In this document: positions 62,669-64,000 of the stretch, in pieces | How the letters are laid out: the number at the start of each line of letters is the position of its first letter | How positions within the stretch are numbered: the first letter of the stretch is position 1 | Translations under genes and position numbers: made by a program | The notes under the pieces: model-generated | Told to the model about the DNA's origin: nothing | Databases searched by the model: none | What the model saw: the letters and a program-made list of their open reading frames with translations, nothing else | NCBI GenBank assembly: GCA_964019335.1 | Contig: OZ025692.1 | Location: 1-64,000 of the forward strand | Origin: Diplonema japonicum | Lineage: Eukaryota; Protista; Euglenozoa: Diplonemea | Direction: 5' to 3' | DNA length: 64,000 bases

Positions 62669-64000
62669 TTAATGCAGGCTGGGGCTACCCGCTGCATGCG
62701 GAGCAGGGATGGGCTGGACGCAGGCCCTAATACGCGGGGGTGACGACGGATTATGTGGAGATGTGCTCAATGCAGCTACGCGGACCTGCAAAAACATAAA
62801 AACCATGAAAAGACATACCTTCTCGTCCGTGGTGGCCTGATACAGTCGCGCATTGCTGCCACGCAGCATGTCCTCTCTCTCTCTGTACTCAGACACCTGC
62901 CGATGGTTCTGATAAACATACAAACATACGTTCTGTTGCAGCCTTTGCAAGTTGCTCTTCAGGTGGTCTTCCATCATGCGGCTTTCCTTGAGCTTTCCCT
63001 CAAGGTCCTTGATGCCATTCTGAAGTCTTTCTTCCCTGATGGCCGTGTTCTTGATCTATTAAGTGTACATTATGGAAATGGATTTATAAAAGGGGCGGCG
63101 GAAAGGGACTCCGCGACGCCACGCAAGGCTTTGACGCTTATTCAGATTGTTAAGGGTAATTCAGAAAAAGACGGACAGCAAAGATGAAAAGGATTGACAT
63201 ACGTATTCTTCAAGACGGGTTTTCTCCGCCACCAGTGTTTCCTCTCTGACCTTAGCCTCTTTCAAGGCAGCCTGAAGCTGTGCTCCCCATTTCCTTAGCT
63301 GCTCTTCCCTTGTGGCAGCCTGCTTGAGCTTGTCTTCAAGAATTGCGATACTGTCTTTCAGCTTCTGCTCCCTTGCAGCCTGCTCTTTGATGTACCGGTC
63401 AAGCTTCGCGACCTTCTGCTTCAGTTGTTCCTCTCGCAAATGAGCATCATGCAGCTTGCCTTCCAGTTGCTGTGCCTTTGCGAGGGCAGCTTCTTCCCTT
63501 TGTCTTGCAGTTTTTGCTTTCTGTATTTCAGATTCGAGCTCTTGCTCTTTTGCCCTCACCATTTGCACCCCATTCTCCCTCTCCTGCGCAACTTCTCTTT
63601 CCAATGCTGCTATCCTCGCTTCGAGGGGCGCTTTTGCACCAGCAACACTCGCTGCCACCCAGGGCTGCAGGTACTTTAAAGATGTCTCCCACAGCCTGGG
63701 GTCTTCCTCGGGTGCAGGTGACCTGTCGGCAGAGTTCACGACGTCCAGCTTGACGGTGAGGAGCAATTCAAAAGAGTACTGGCCCTCGCCATCACCAGTC
63801 CCTTTGAAGAGCAGCTTCTGGAGGTCTGAGGGGCTTTTATGCCACCAGAACCTCCCGAACTTGTTTTTCTGTTGAACCTGCCCACAGGGGCTGAGGGTGT
63901 CCACCGCTTCGCCCAGCGTCTCAACAGTGCCGCAGCCGCCCTGCCCAGGGACTAGAACCTCGATCTTCGTATAGGCTGTGACCGAGGCAGCCAGGTTGTT
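62669..64000 (-). CDS. 3' part of a coiled-coil protein gene (5' end outside the window); exons >64000-63203, 63055-62930, 62896-62819, 62785-62669
   Basis: The frame of ORF 63161..63904 stays open to 64000. After splicing, EEY|IKNTAIREERLQNGIKDLEGKLKE parallels the upstream repeat DRYIKEQAAREQKLKDSIAILEDKLKQ. Heptad-rich E/K/Q/A sequence with a Pro/Ser-rich tail. Confidence 0.82.
62786..62818 (-). other. 33-nt stopless intron (phase 0)
   Basis: AAG|GTATGTCTTTTCATGGTTTTTATGTTTTTGCAG|GTC; strong donor, T-rich body, GCAG acceptor. Confidence 0.85.
62897..62929 (-). other. 33-nt stopless intron (phase 0)
   Basis: AAC|GTATGTTTGTATGTTTATCAGAACCATCGGCAG|GTG; alternative AG acceptors are nearby. 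Confidence 0.65.
63056..63202 (-). other. 147-nt intron (phase 0)
   Basis: TAC|GTATGTCAATCC...ACACTTAATAG|ATC; contains an in-frame stop; removal restores the coiled-coil repeat. Confidence 0.85.

Overview
Eukaryotic (protist) DNA; a euglenozoan/diplonemid-like origin is my inference only. There are two very different zones. Zone 1 (1-~8460) is repeat and retroelement DNA. It starts with a (TTTGCGGG)n array fused directly to a 5'-truncated CRE/SLACS-type non-LTR element, which has a restriction-like endonuclease followed by an unusual ~975-aa acidic tail. A homopolymer-rich spacer follows, then a convergent, triply frameshifted C-terminal fragment of a second non-LTR element with a CCHC knuckle. 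Zone 2 (10308-64000) holds two co-directional minus-strand genes. The first is a giant polycystin-1/adhesion-receptor-like surface protein. The ORF track truncates it: two tiny GT-AG introns (35 and 37 nt) add two exons that complete a cytoplasmic beta-helix and supply TM4-TM5, giving a predicted 17,312 aa with a 51,555-nt first coding exon. Its predicted architecture is signal peptide, ~330 x 11-aa Thr repeats, ~25 paired Cys-containing beta modules, 10 EF-hand loops, ~28 further beta modules, DUF11-like domains, REJ, GPS and 5 TM. The second gene is the 3' part of a coiled-coil gene with three more introns (147, 33, 33 nt). All domain calls were made by eye from motifs; no searches were run.
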